DNA of 64,000 bases from Phallusia mammillata. Lineage: Eukaryota. The position numbers were made by a program, and so were the translations under genes. Shown here in pieces: positions 52,801-64,000 of the stretch (position 1 is its first letter; every line of letters begins with the position of its first letter). Location: positions 17,174,001 to 17,238,000 of the forward strand of contig OZ281500.1 of assembly GCA_965637545.1 (NCBI GenBank). Direction: 5' to 3'. The notes under the pieces were generated by a model. The model was not told the DNA's origin, made no database searches, and saw nothing but the letters and a program-made list of their open reading frames with translations.

Positions 52801-54650
52801 TCAAAAAACAAGTGGGTACGTGGGAATTCCAGGTGACGTCACGTGTTACGTCATTCGATGCACATATTACCGTGACGCAGCAAAACAAACCGTTACACAT
52901 CAAAAAGTGACAATTCATGTTATTCCTATTGCAGTCTAAATCTCAGTCGCAGTGTTGACTCGTAGCGCCAACTAACGACCAAACTCGCCTGACAACGAGT
53001 TTTAATATTATCAAGTATTTGTGCTATTATTTTGGTGCCTAAGAGCACAAGGATTAGCTTGATAAAATGCGGTGAATCGTTTAAAAACATAGAAAGTTTG
53101 GTGACCACACGAATTGTTTTAATTTACTTATAAGTGTTTTACTGCACAAGATCTCTGGCAGATCAGTCAGATTTCCGATCTCTTTGAAGAAAAAAAATAT
53201 AATTGTGCATTCTATTTATGCGAGTTTTAAAGCGCATTTACTGATCGTTGTCGGTCGTTATGGCAGTGTTTCATAATCATTTTAGGTCTGGGAATATTTT
53301 GCCTTAACAAATTTTTTGCGGACTAAAATGTGAATAATGAAACAGTAAATCATATTACGTCACGCGAATTGAATACCGAATCAATTTGATTGAATACGCG
53401 TTACACCGAATCAAGCCAGTCTCCCAAGCATTCCCATATGGTGCCTTGCTTTCAACGGGCCTGGCCTACCATAATTTATCGATATGTATGCCGTGATCGC
53501 TCGTCTGGGTGGACGCTTCAGGGCTGATCCCAGTATGATTGTATGCATCTTAACAGCTAAGAGCTACCACTCAGCTAATAAAACAGTATGTATAGTTAAA
53601 CTTATTTTTGCATCGAAACCTTTTTACGGACTTGGGTTTGGAAACTAAGCAACATACAACCATGTTTTAACACGCATCCCCAAAGTAGCACAAGCGATCT
53701 TTAATTCTTCACAAAAACGCAGGGTCACTACGACAAAGCTGTGAACCACTTTGACTCGGCTTACGGAGTGGCGACGGAGTTACAGCAAGATGTGGAAGAG
53801 TCCGGAGTACAATTGGGAATCGCCAAGGGCAACCAGCTGCTAAATGCATTCAAGCAGAACATGGAGATTCCGTCACGCTTCATGCTTGACCGAATATCGA
53901 TTTGGAAAGACGAACGAGCAAACGAATTTGGGCAACCATTACCAACAAGTAAGAAATTACTTTGTTCAGTTATATTAAACCAGGCCTTCTTATCCTTGGT
54001 GAAACCGTCTACCTTTCGAGGTTATGTATAATTAGGTGGCGAAAGCGCGTTAGTCATGTGACACATTGGCTCAGAGTTGTAAGCGGGCCCGAAATTCGAA
54101 CCCGAACCTGGTCCAAACCCAAATCGTTTTTGAGCAACCCGTTTATCCCCGAGAGATTAACAATTCTTCATTAGGTCACGTCTGTGGTCAAAACGGCTTC
54201 TTGTTGTAAAAAATAGTGCAAAAGTAGCCGCTGGCATTTAAAAGATGAGAAACCCTGGATCCGATGGAAAACAGTTTTGATGGAACAATTGTCCACTTAA
54301 CTAGCATTATGTAAAGTTTCACGAAACACTGAATCCTAACTATTTTCCATGAGTTGATTGCAGTGTACATAAGCTGTCATCAACTTCAACCAACTCTGAA
54401 AGTTACACAAAACACATTAATGTCGTATCACTGAGTTTGCATAGATTCCCAACAAAGCCGCTGTGCGTATTCAACGATTTTAATTCTCCCTACCTCTTTT
54501 TAAGCCTTAAACTACTATTGTCAGGCCCAATACAACGTCTTACGTTATGCTCTAGTTTCTTTTTCAGAGTACGAAACTCCTCCTAAGACTCCGGAGAAAA
54601 TCCCTGATCCCACGGAACCATTCCGGGAGGTAGAAAGGATGCAGACGTGA
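43806..54650 (+). CDS. TTC29: Tetratricopeptide repeat protein 29 (cilia/flagella protein), about 465 aa, 10 exons
   Basis: Exons: 43806-43863, 44199-44313, 44453-44594, 44995-45076, 45373-45558, 48089-48206, 49712-49883, 51954-52169, 53723-53948, 54568-54650 (TGA). All phases join. MTTLP start, [61 protein letters not shown] and ISIWKDER all parallel human TTC29. AATAAA lies near 54965. Confidence 0.92.
50804..51028. mobile_element. 225-bp hAT (Buster-type) MITE in TTC29 intron 7
   Basis: TIRs CAGTGGCTCCTAAC and GTTGGGAACCACTG (two mismatches). The flanks CTTTAGCA and CATTAGCA match at 7 of 8 positions. Confidence 0.8.
52819..52853. promoter_or_regulatory. Dense motif cluster: Su(H)/RBPJ, NF-kB-like, E-boxes and two CRE-type sites
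   Basis: CGTGGGAA 52819-52826, GGGAATTCC 52822-52830, CAGGTG 52830-52835, TGACGTCA 52834-52841, CACGTG 52840-52845, TTACGTCA 52846-52853. Motif match only. Confidence 0.4.
54085..54152 (-). repeat. Possible tRNA-derived SINE fragment
   Basis: The minus strand has a B-box-like GGGTTCGAAT. CCCAAATCGTTTTT(T)GAG is shared with about 30794-30812. It does not fold as a complete tRNA. Confidence 0.3.
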
Positions 54651-57600
54651 CCTCCACGGCCGCATACTCCGTCTTCCTATCTTACTTCGTGTGTTCGGTA
54701 ACTTTGTCATAAAACTGTGAAAAAAAATGTTTATCCGCATGATGTCGCTGTTGAGTAAAATGGTTGGAAACACGCTTTTTCAAATCAGAGTTTTATTTTT
54801 AGGGGTCATAAAAAGTCTTGGAGTAAAAATTGCTAACCACACATCTCACTCCGGTATTGATTTTTATGCTTTATGTTTTTTATTATTGATTTTGTGTTAT
54901 ATTATTTATGTATCTCCTACACGACGTTGTCAATCCAGGTGTAATGCCCCTGAGTTTATCACCTAATAAAAACATACGATGCATATTTTTTTGAATTCAC
55001 AACATTTTACATTAGTACAGCTCAACGCAACGACTACAGAAAATATGTTATAATAACGTCGTTGGTTAGGAAATGCAAATTTGAAACCGTAAAGTTAAGG
55101 ACCAGTGGAATAAAAAAATGCTTCATGCGCTAGATGGCGATGCTGGGCTTTGGGCCATTAAACTTTTCCACGACGTTATTGATTGGTTGGTGGTCGTAGT
55201 GTTATGCACAATTTCGGGTCCCCTATAAAGCTTGCCACACCCTCACGAAAAACACTGTTTGAAAAGCACCTTCAGTTAAAATTACCATGAAAAGCAACGG
55301 TACAAACCCTAATAAAGTGTCAGCCATGTTCAGACATATCTAACTATGCCACAAACCGTTAATAACTGTTATGATAAACACTACATAAGCAATGGTTCTT
55401 ATCAAATGATGTTAGTTTATTGCCAAAATCTGATCAACCACAGTAACGTTGTTACATTGTCATTTACATATTGTTTTCATTTTTACTTGCAAAATTTTAT
55501 ATCATGGTTATGAAACAAAATTTTTGACCCCGCTTCTGGAGTGTTTTTTGAACATCGGCTAAAATGTGAAAATTGTTTACTTAATAGTCAATTACGCTGT
55601 TTATTTTGGTAAAAATTAAACTTTTTCCATTTTCAAAATACAATCGACCTTGTTGCGTCATCAAACACGACATTTGGACAAATTGGTCCAATGATTGGAA
55701 AGCGTCCAGGCAAGTAAAACCAACCCCATTATGGCTTGTACAATTTAAGCCGGCCTGTCGTATAGCGAGAACATGTGGTAAATTCATTGGCAACGCAAGG
55801 TGCAAAGCGGACAATGCCATTCACCTTCCACAAAACGATGAATATTTCATACAACTTTCGTGCGATAGTCGTACGCACCTGTTCCCTGCATCAAAAATTC
55901 ATTGTGCAAAGCGCATGATGCTTACGCGGCCTGAACGAGAAACAGGAGAGAAGATAGATTAAAATTCGTGTTTTCGTCACAGCATAAGCATAAGCAAAAA
56001 ACGAGGTATCATGTTTGGTTTGTGCGGATTCAGGGTCCTGCGTCTCAGGCCTTGTGCATTGCATGTCGATCGATTATCCTCAATTATTAATGACTGGGGG
56101 TGTGTGGCGTCCGCTTTGAATCGTCGATCGCATTCAAGCCCGAGTCGTGGCAAAATACAGAAGGCAACCAGCGTAAACACCCAAGGCCAAGCTCCATGCA
56201 AATACATAGCCTAGCTGGCTGGCGAATCCCCAAGCTGCTGTTAATCACAACTGGAGCTCTCCCGCTACCAGTAACGGCCATTAACGTTTCGAGATGCGAA
56301 ACTCGTTCATCAATTCGCGAGACACGGCGTAGAGAGAAAATTTGCCGGATCGGCCGCTGACTAAGTTTTCTCACTGTTATTTGACCGCAAATTTGCGCAT
56401 GCAATTACGACCACAACCCTGTCTGTAAACCGCATGCGTGTTTCATTTTTTCATCTACTAGTTGCTTATACATGTGCATACACAATACGACATACGTTCA
56501 AAAATTTCAAATTCAGATCAAATTTAGTTATTGTATTTTTTCCATAATACATTCAATTTTTACGATTAGTAGCAATGTAGCCTACTATTTAAACAGCATT
56601 TAGCAGTAACATCTTTCGCTCAAATCATCGTTTTTTAAGAATCTAAATTTGAGTTCGTTTAGGGGTAACGAAGTCGTAAAATTTCATTCTTTTTAGGTCG
56701 TTCTTGCTTAAGCGCGATGAAACCTCGTCTGAAAAATGCTTTCGACTACGAAACTGCTTTTATGTTTGGAATACGATTTGGTCAAATAAAAAAGACAAAA
56801 TCCTGAAAAATATATTTTCTACGCTTTCATACAACGCCTCTAGTTAAACAATAACAACACGTTTGTGTATAACTACGAAAATCCCGATTGATATATCTTC
56901 GTAGATCGAAAGACGCGACGTTGTATGAAGCTCGGCACCCAAAATAGCGATTTAATAGAAAATCCCGGCAAGTGATTTGGCCCTTCACCAGTTTGCCTTC
57001 ATCGCTCACCACTAATTGATCACATTAATCGCAGTCGTGAAACACAAATTGAAGAGACGCAACGAGCATTTAATATTTATTGAAGTTGGTCATGCATTCG
57101 CAATGAAGGTCTGAATATTTTATAAAACATTCGCTTGATAAAATATTGAAAGCACCAGGAAAAAGCCAGTCACATTTTTCTGATCACTTCTGTGTTCGAT
57201 GTTACTTGTGACACCGAGAGAACAATCTAGGATAGCAGATCTGTGAACAAGGTAGACAAGTATCAAGCTCTACACGCGTGAACGAGACGCTTGCATAACG
57301 TGGATTACCTTTTGTGGATTTATGTATCGGAAGTTTTAAGAACAAAGAACTCGGATGTAAAAATACGATGTTGCATAACGAACAAGCCAGCGACAAAGGC
57401 AAACGGAAACTGGATTACCTCAAAACCGGCAACGCATGATCCAGTCGAGGATGGTAAACCACGTGACCTGTACGCGTGCCGTCTGCCACGATGCGCCCCG
57501 GGGGTGCAAACGCGCGACAGACTCCTTGTGTCGGGATGGGCATTTAAATCGGACGTCACCCCCTCATGCTACCGCAGCAACGTGAGTCACGTGTTCAAAG

Positions 57601-60600
57601 GCACCTGTTGATCGCAAAACTGCATGGAAATCTTATGCATCGAGATTTTTTGTGATTGGGTGCAATTTGTGCACTGCGACAACCAATTCAAACTTTGGCA
57701 GCTTGCACGCAATAGCAGCAATAAAGTAAACGCTATAATATGCACAAGAAGCCATACATTTGATTCCCCCACCTAAATGCTCTTTAACATCCAAACACGC
57801 GCAATGTAAAATACAATAGCGAGGAATTGAACCCGTGGTCACAGATTCTGACTAAATAACTTTTTAAAACATTGCAAAAAGTAGCGATTAAAAAAACGAG
57901 TATAACACGTGTTTCAGATAAACCGTACCCGCATAACACCACAATAATATGTCAAAATATATATTACCAAATTGGCCCTTAGATAACTATTTTTGGCACA
58001 GACAGGGAATTCACAAAGAAAATGTATTACGCGGTGAGATAAAAACTCAGGATCATTGGCCTAAAGCGAAAATGGTCGTTTGACATTGTTAAAAGATGCC
58101 TGTGATACACAACTTTCTTCGCTGTAAAAATTACGGCATGGTTAACGTTACCTTCGTAAAAATAGCTGGAAAATGGAACTACACAATATTTTTGATGTAA
58201 AATGAGGGAATGTAATTTACTTCGTCCTGTCCTTTGGTAACAAATCCCAGTTAATATTCGGAGGACGGCACGCGCGCACGTCGTCTCAATTTGATCAATA
58301 AATGTGGAAGAAAACTAACTTTCCGGCCACTCGCTACCCATTGTTCCTTTGTGATTGTGACGAGCGCTGACAACAATGATACGTTTTTTTTACCGATAGA
58401 ACGCGTCAAATTGTTCGCAAAGTTGCCAAAGCGTGAAATAAAGAGACGAAAAAAACGACAAATGAAATTACCAGCAAATTGCTACGACTTCAATGGAATC
58501 AAAATCCGGGTACTAATTCGCCATCAAAAGAACGCGCGTGGGCATTTTGTAATTTTGGGCTTTTGATTGGCGACCTATTGTCAATTGCGTGTTGTTAAAT
58601 ATGATGTTTTCTTCAAACATTTTGGTCAAAAATCGCACCTAATAATGGTAACAAATGTTTTTTTCTGGGCGTTATTACAACAAACTACAAGTGAGATAAC
58701 CGTTGCTGTGTAATAAAATCGAAAAATCCGACTGTTGTAGAATTGTTATGTTTAATTGAAATTTAATTATCGAACGTTTTCGAAAACAAACCTTGTTATG
58801 TTTAATTGAAATTGAATTAGGGCCATTTCCAGGAATGTCATGTCGCCATAAAAAGCCCAAAACACAACTAGAGAATTTTTATGCGGTTACTATTTGGTTG
58901 CGTTATTTTTGGTTATTTTAGAAAATCATCAACTGCAAGTGAATGAAAAAAAATTTTTGCTGTCAAGTTTGGGTAACGAATTTTAACAAACCATCGGCAC
59001 AACTAGAAATGTACGCAACCGGGGATTTCAGGTATACCGGTACATTTGGGTAGTGATGTGAAAGTCATAGGTTGTGACGGTTTTCTATATGCTTATACTC
59101 GGAATTATTTAACCTTGCCGCACTTAACCGGGTACCTGTTTCAAATACAGATATTTATGGAAAATGCTAATATCATCAGACACGCCCGAAGTAGATCACT
59201 AAGAAAAACAATGTTTATTAGCTACAATATACAGGTTCTCGGGTATCAGTTTTCACCACTATCGCCGAATTTAATAAAACGTCTGATTACAATAAAATTA
59301 TTGAAAAGTTATCAACAAAATGCAAGCTTTTTTTACGTGAATACCGCATTTGCAATAATGTATAGATGACAGATTGGCCGGCGCAGTATTGAGGTTAACC
59401 GAAGTTCAATCCACTGTGATTGCGTTAGACAACTGACAAGCCAGAAAGCGCAGAAAAGTGTGCACACTGAGCGAATAAACGGTTGAATGTCAATTCGTGT
59501 TTTATCTTTTCCAGTCGCAATGTGTGCGTCGACCAATAACTAAAATTCCCGACGGGTTGCCTCCTCGGCCTAATGCGCAGCACGCTCTGTAATGGTTCAG
59601 ATCGGTACTAATGTGATGACGCTAATCGATTCTGCGCGACCCAATGACAGATTTTTCGGCTTCAAAAAATGAAGCATATGTTTTCAATGTCAATTTTTTT
59701 TAAACCATAAGATTTTTACCGACCCCATATCTCTTTGAAAGTGTGATTTTCCTAGCAGTTCGAATTAACTTTTGATGCTTGATCAATTTAACGTTGACTT
59801 AACACCTCTAAAAACAAATCATTCATTACTGAAATTTACATAATGGTAATTGATACTGCAATTTTAAAATTCACATCGTTGCTGTTTAAATTCCACACAT
59901 TGGCTTTGCTTTCCAAGATTAAAAGCGAAATTGTGTTTTTGACTGGGCAATAATTTTGAAGTGAGCGCGTTGATATGGTCACGCACTTCGAAGCGTAAGG
60001 CAAGTTCTTTGCGGCCAGCAGGACACCGAATTGCGGCCGGTAGCCTGCTGTTTCCCCGATGTTAGCCGTCGGACGTGCGACAGGAAATAAATTAGTAATG
60101 AGAAGCGAGAAGGTAAACTCCTGAATATTTTATCCTTTGATGAATTATTCAACCAGTGCAAGTGGCGATAATTTGCCTATGTCTGAATATTAATGAACTA
60201 CTTTAGTCAATTGCTGCTTTTAATATTTTATTAGGCCGCCATGGTCGTGTTTCCGATGAGGCTGAGCCTACACCTTCCGTAACAAGCACGGCGTTCGTAC
60301 CGTATTGGTCCCATCCCAACCGAAGTTACATTTTCAAAGTTTGTCACCAAAAACACAATTTTCCGTTTGTTAATTGAGCCATAGTCATGCTTACATAATA
60401 CGTGGTTGCCTATTTTGCTGTAATTATAAGCATATAATGCAGATCTTGAATAAGCGATAAATTGTCTTTAAACCATTCATGTTCTTGTAAATCTCTTGTT
60501 TTTGCAGAACTAATGAAAATTAATACCTTTTTTCAAACATTTGTTATTATTTACAACAGCCCCAGGGCTTGCAGAGAAAATATGCATTAATATACACCGC

Positions 60601-61843
60601 TTACTTTAAAACTAATTCGTGTAAAATTAAAGATTTACCTTTCAAACATGAAATAGCATTTGTGTATGCAGGTTCGACCACAAAACGCGTGCCAGCAAAG
60701 TGTTTGAATCCAAAGACCACCTGCTGGTAAAATAGCCCAAGGCAAATGTGGCAAATCAAGAAATGGCGTCTGGCATGGGCACGGCATGTAATGGACGCCC
60801 TTCGCATATCTACCTGAAGAGGCAATCACCAGGGACACAAGCAGTCATCTAACAATTGTCAAGCATCTGTCATGTATCAGTCACTCTGCTTTCTAAAACT
60901 TGGTTTAATCCGAGTCGAATGTGTTCAATTCGATCAAATCACAAAGCGAGTGTATGCGAAACAAAACAATTGCCGTTTGTTGATTGTTTATTTACACATA
61001 ATCACTGTCGAATTTATCTCTTATTGTTTGTTTTCTGCAAAGGAACCATGCATTTTATTAAACTAACATTAAATGTTGAAAATATGTCTAATTAAAATGT
61101 TACCCGACCAAATACTAAAATATCAACAACAAAAGCTAATCGTTTAATTGAGACCAAAAACAATTGCTGAGCTGAATCCAAGTGTTCCAAAAAAATCTGC
61201 CTACAATATAACACATTCTGAAACTACAAATATATTAAGTCGACTTGTATTTTTCCAAGCAATGTATTGCAACGTGCGACGATAGAGGAACTCAAAAATA
61301 AAACGAAACAAACTGAAAAGCGTGAAAAACAAAACAGAAACTTTGAAGCCTCTAGAATCCCGAGCAGCAAGGTGCATTTACATCCCATGCGTTTAGGAAA
61401 GCTTGAAGAATAACAACAATATGGGGAGTAAAATGTTCACAGGGCAATACTTCGTCACAAAGCAGACTAAATGAGGTGCAAAGCTGTTGTGACCAGCAGC
61501 TATTTGTGAGATTGCACCAATTTTTGAAGTCACAGAGATATCCAATAGTTTGATCACAGTTGACAGCTTATCGACTGGCAATGAGCAGCGAAGTATTGTA
61601 CAAAGAGTACATGTGATTTCGTTTTGATGCACAGTGCACACTGCAGAGATGGTGATCGACAAATTAAAGCATTGCTTCCTGCGAAATAAAACAAGTATAT
61701 TAGATTATTGACCTTGTCTAGTTCAGAATGACCCTTGCTCATTTGATGCTTGTAGCTCAGTTAAAAACTATCTTTGTTACAAAATACAATAAACGTTGCT
61801 TAAAATCACTTCAAACAACAAACATTGATATAAAATGTCAATT

Positions 61844-63526
61844 TCATTGTTTAACTATTATATAGGTTCTTACCGCATTAAAAGCTGAAAATTTCATTCT
61901 TTTTTGTTTTTGCCTTTGATTGCAAAACCAAACTCTCACAACGTTTTTCTTGAGGTCAAGCTTTTCAGCAATGGCTGCTATTTTCTCGGATGAAGGCCGT
62001 GGCTGCAAAAATTAAATACAATTTTATTGATTTTACACAAGCCATTATCTTGTTTACAGTTGGTCAGAATATTTTTAGATGTAAATTTTTACCTGAACTG
62101 CAAAGTAGGCTTCGAGGGACCGTTTTTCTGGAGCAGCAATTGAAGTTCTTTTCCTCTTTTTGTCTCCTAGTCCTGCACTTTCCATCTTTCTTCTATGTTC
62201 CTCTTCAGCCTTTTCCAACCAGGCGATAAGGATTGGCTTAAGAGCCACCATGTTGTTGTGACTAAGGGTGAGCGATTCAAACCTAAAAAAGAAAGTTTGT
62301 TGAAACTTAAATAAGCTTTTAAACATTAATTTAAAAACAGAATTTCATTGTTGTAAACTTGATACCACCAACAAACGATCTATAGATCGTTATAATTATT
62401 TCTTTTTAATAATTATAATTATTTCTTTTTTATTAAAATATTTGGTAGTTTTTAGTTTAGCAGTTTGTGTTTGGAAAACTAGACATTATCTTACCTGCAA
62501 ATTGTGCTTTGACTTAAGGAGCCAACTCCAGGTAACTTAAGGTTGGCAAGTGCTCTGCCCACGTCGTTTTGTGTAACTCCAAGCTTAATACGTCGTTGCT
62601 TGAATCTATTTGAACACATAACAATCGAGGTTTAGTTTGTGCCTTTTACCAAGTTTAAACTTTCTCGTCAATATTAACACCGACCTTTCAGCAAATGCTT
62701 CCAATTCTCGTGGGTCTGCGTCGTACTCACTGGCGGGGAAGTTTGCCACGATTGTGTTAGGAGACGCTACAGACAGAAAACAAAGGTTTAAAATTCAAGC
62801 AAATCTTGCCGCTTTTTCAGACCAACTAACATTTCTTGTATTAGACCAAGGTAACTTTCACACAACCTGAGAACAAAACACAAGATAATTTTGAGGTTCT
62901 TACCTGGCTGTGTTGTTGTTGCCGTCGTACTGGATGGTGGGGGTATGGAGGGGTGAATCGATGACGACACTGGGTGAAAGTGGCTGGTGGGGTTGTATGG
63001 GGGCGCAGTGTGGCTGATGTAGTGCGGTTGTGACACTGGGTCGGCGGATGACATCATTACTGATGACGTGTTAAAGGTGGGATGCTGGTATGTGGGAAAT
63101 GCCCTAAAACAAAAGTTGAGCGTTAAGAAACATGAAAGTTAGAGTTTTTTTTAAATGTGCGGATTTAAAAAATTACCCGTGAGAGGAGCCCAGCTGATCG
63201 ATGACGTCATTTGTTTCGAGGGTGGATTGTAGAGCGGCTGTGTGGTGAAAAGCTGACGGCGGATGCATTGAACTGTACACTGCGAAAGTTGAAACGGTCA
63301 AATATACGTTCGTCTGTTGCTAACCAACCGATCAGGTTGCCAAGTTACCTGGCGGTGGCATAGCTGGGGCTGTATGCTGCTGCGTAACATAATGTGTAGC
63401 TGATGGGGCATAATATGAGTGGTTTGTCGGTTCCGGTTTAAACTGGTTCTTTCCGGTGTAATCCACAGCGGCCAGAGCCTCCGCTCGCGCGAGAAAAGAT
63501 TCGTCGAAACCAGCGAATAAGTTGCC
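61844..63526 (-). CDS. POU4: POU class 4 homeobox transcription factor (Brn3), 5'-partial, 7 exons in window
   Basis: Exons (minus strand): 63349-63526 (POU-IV box [22 protein letters not shown]), 63177-63279, 62904-63103, 62685-62766 ([13 protein letters not shown]), 62495-62605 ([25 protein letters not shown]), 62093-62282 ([39 protein letters not shown]), 61844-62002 ([35 protein letters not shown]). These motifs are diagnostic of class 4. The first exon lies beyond the window and the exact C-terminus is uncertain. Confidence 0.96.
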
Positions 63527-64000
63527 CTGAAAAAGTCAATGTTTTGTAAGTTTAATAAATCCCATCATCCGAAGCATATGTTTCCGATTCGCTACCCGTG
63601 CGACTTTGGTGTTTACAATGGGATTTGACCCCGATTAAAAAGCGATGGGGGGCTTATGAGAGAGAAGAGTATGGTGTGAGCCGCGACGCCATTTTGTCAG
63701 TCGTGAAATTTGCAGATGTCGGCGAAAAATTTACGGCCACGCTTCACAGTATTGCGTAATTACGATGTGAGTGCATCGCGACGCAGCACGCAAACCATTT
63801 ATCTGTGACGGTTTTCGACACATAAAAACTGATTGATCATCTGTCAGTTTTCAAAAACTCAATTTTTGCATAAGTGTAAAAAAAGACTAAAAATAAAATT
63901 TTGTTTTTTGTTACTGTATTAACCATTCTTTATGAAAACACAAAATCAGCGCAAAACATACTTAATTTTATGACAGGTGACAACAAGAATTAAATAAAAA

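Noticed and set aside
53480-53590. Structured-looking intronic segment (CTGGG...CCCAG stem, TGAT and CTGA boxes) as a snoRNA
   Set aside because: The boxes are imperfect and not arranged with a terminal stem. A snoscan or Infernal search would be needed.
57826-57852. Minus-strand GGGTTCAATTCC T-loop/B-box
   Set aside because: The 5' half of a tRNA is absent. At most a SINE scrap.
60304-60740. miR-133-like pieces (ATTGGTCCC at 60304 and GCTGGTAAAAT near 60723)
   Set aside because: The pieces are 400 bp apart and in the wrong order for a hairpin.

Overview
This is eukaryotic, AT-rich, intron-dense animal DNA, most likely from an ascidian tunicate. That assignment is an inference from compact introns, chordate-type genes, mosaic CpG content and an exact Ciona-type spliced-leader 16-mer. 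The ORF track is mostly uninformative because genes are split into short exons, so exon chains were rebuilt by hand from GT/GC-AG sites and reading phase. Five protein-coding genes are supported. (1) KIFC3-like kinesin-14 (+, 5' end outside the window, 18 exons, one GC-AG intron). (2) TMEM144 (-, 12 exons), whose last exon and 3' region are tandemly duplicated. (3) An R-spondin-like gene (-) with two candidate signal-peptide exons, a degenerate TSP1 domain and apparent loss of the LGR-binding phenylalanines. (4) TTC29 (+, 10 exons). (5) POU4/Brn3 (-, first exon outside the window), lying tail-to-tail with TTC29 as human POU4F2 does. Several non-autonomous hAT elements with 8-bp target duplications sit in introns, one nested in another. 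There are no prokaryotic features or CRISPR arrays. The best leads are the TTC29-POU4 linkage with candidate intronic enhancers, the atypical R-spondin, a genomic spliced-leader relic at 26996-27011, and the duplicated TMEM144 terminal exon. Homology statements come from my memory of the protein families, not from database searches.
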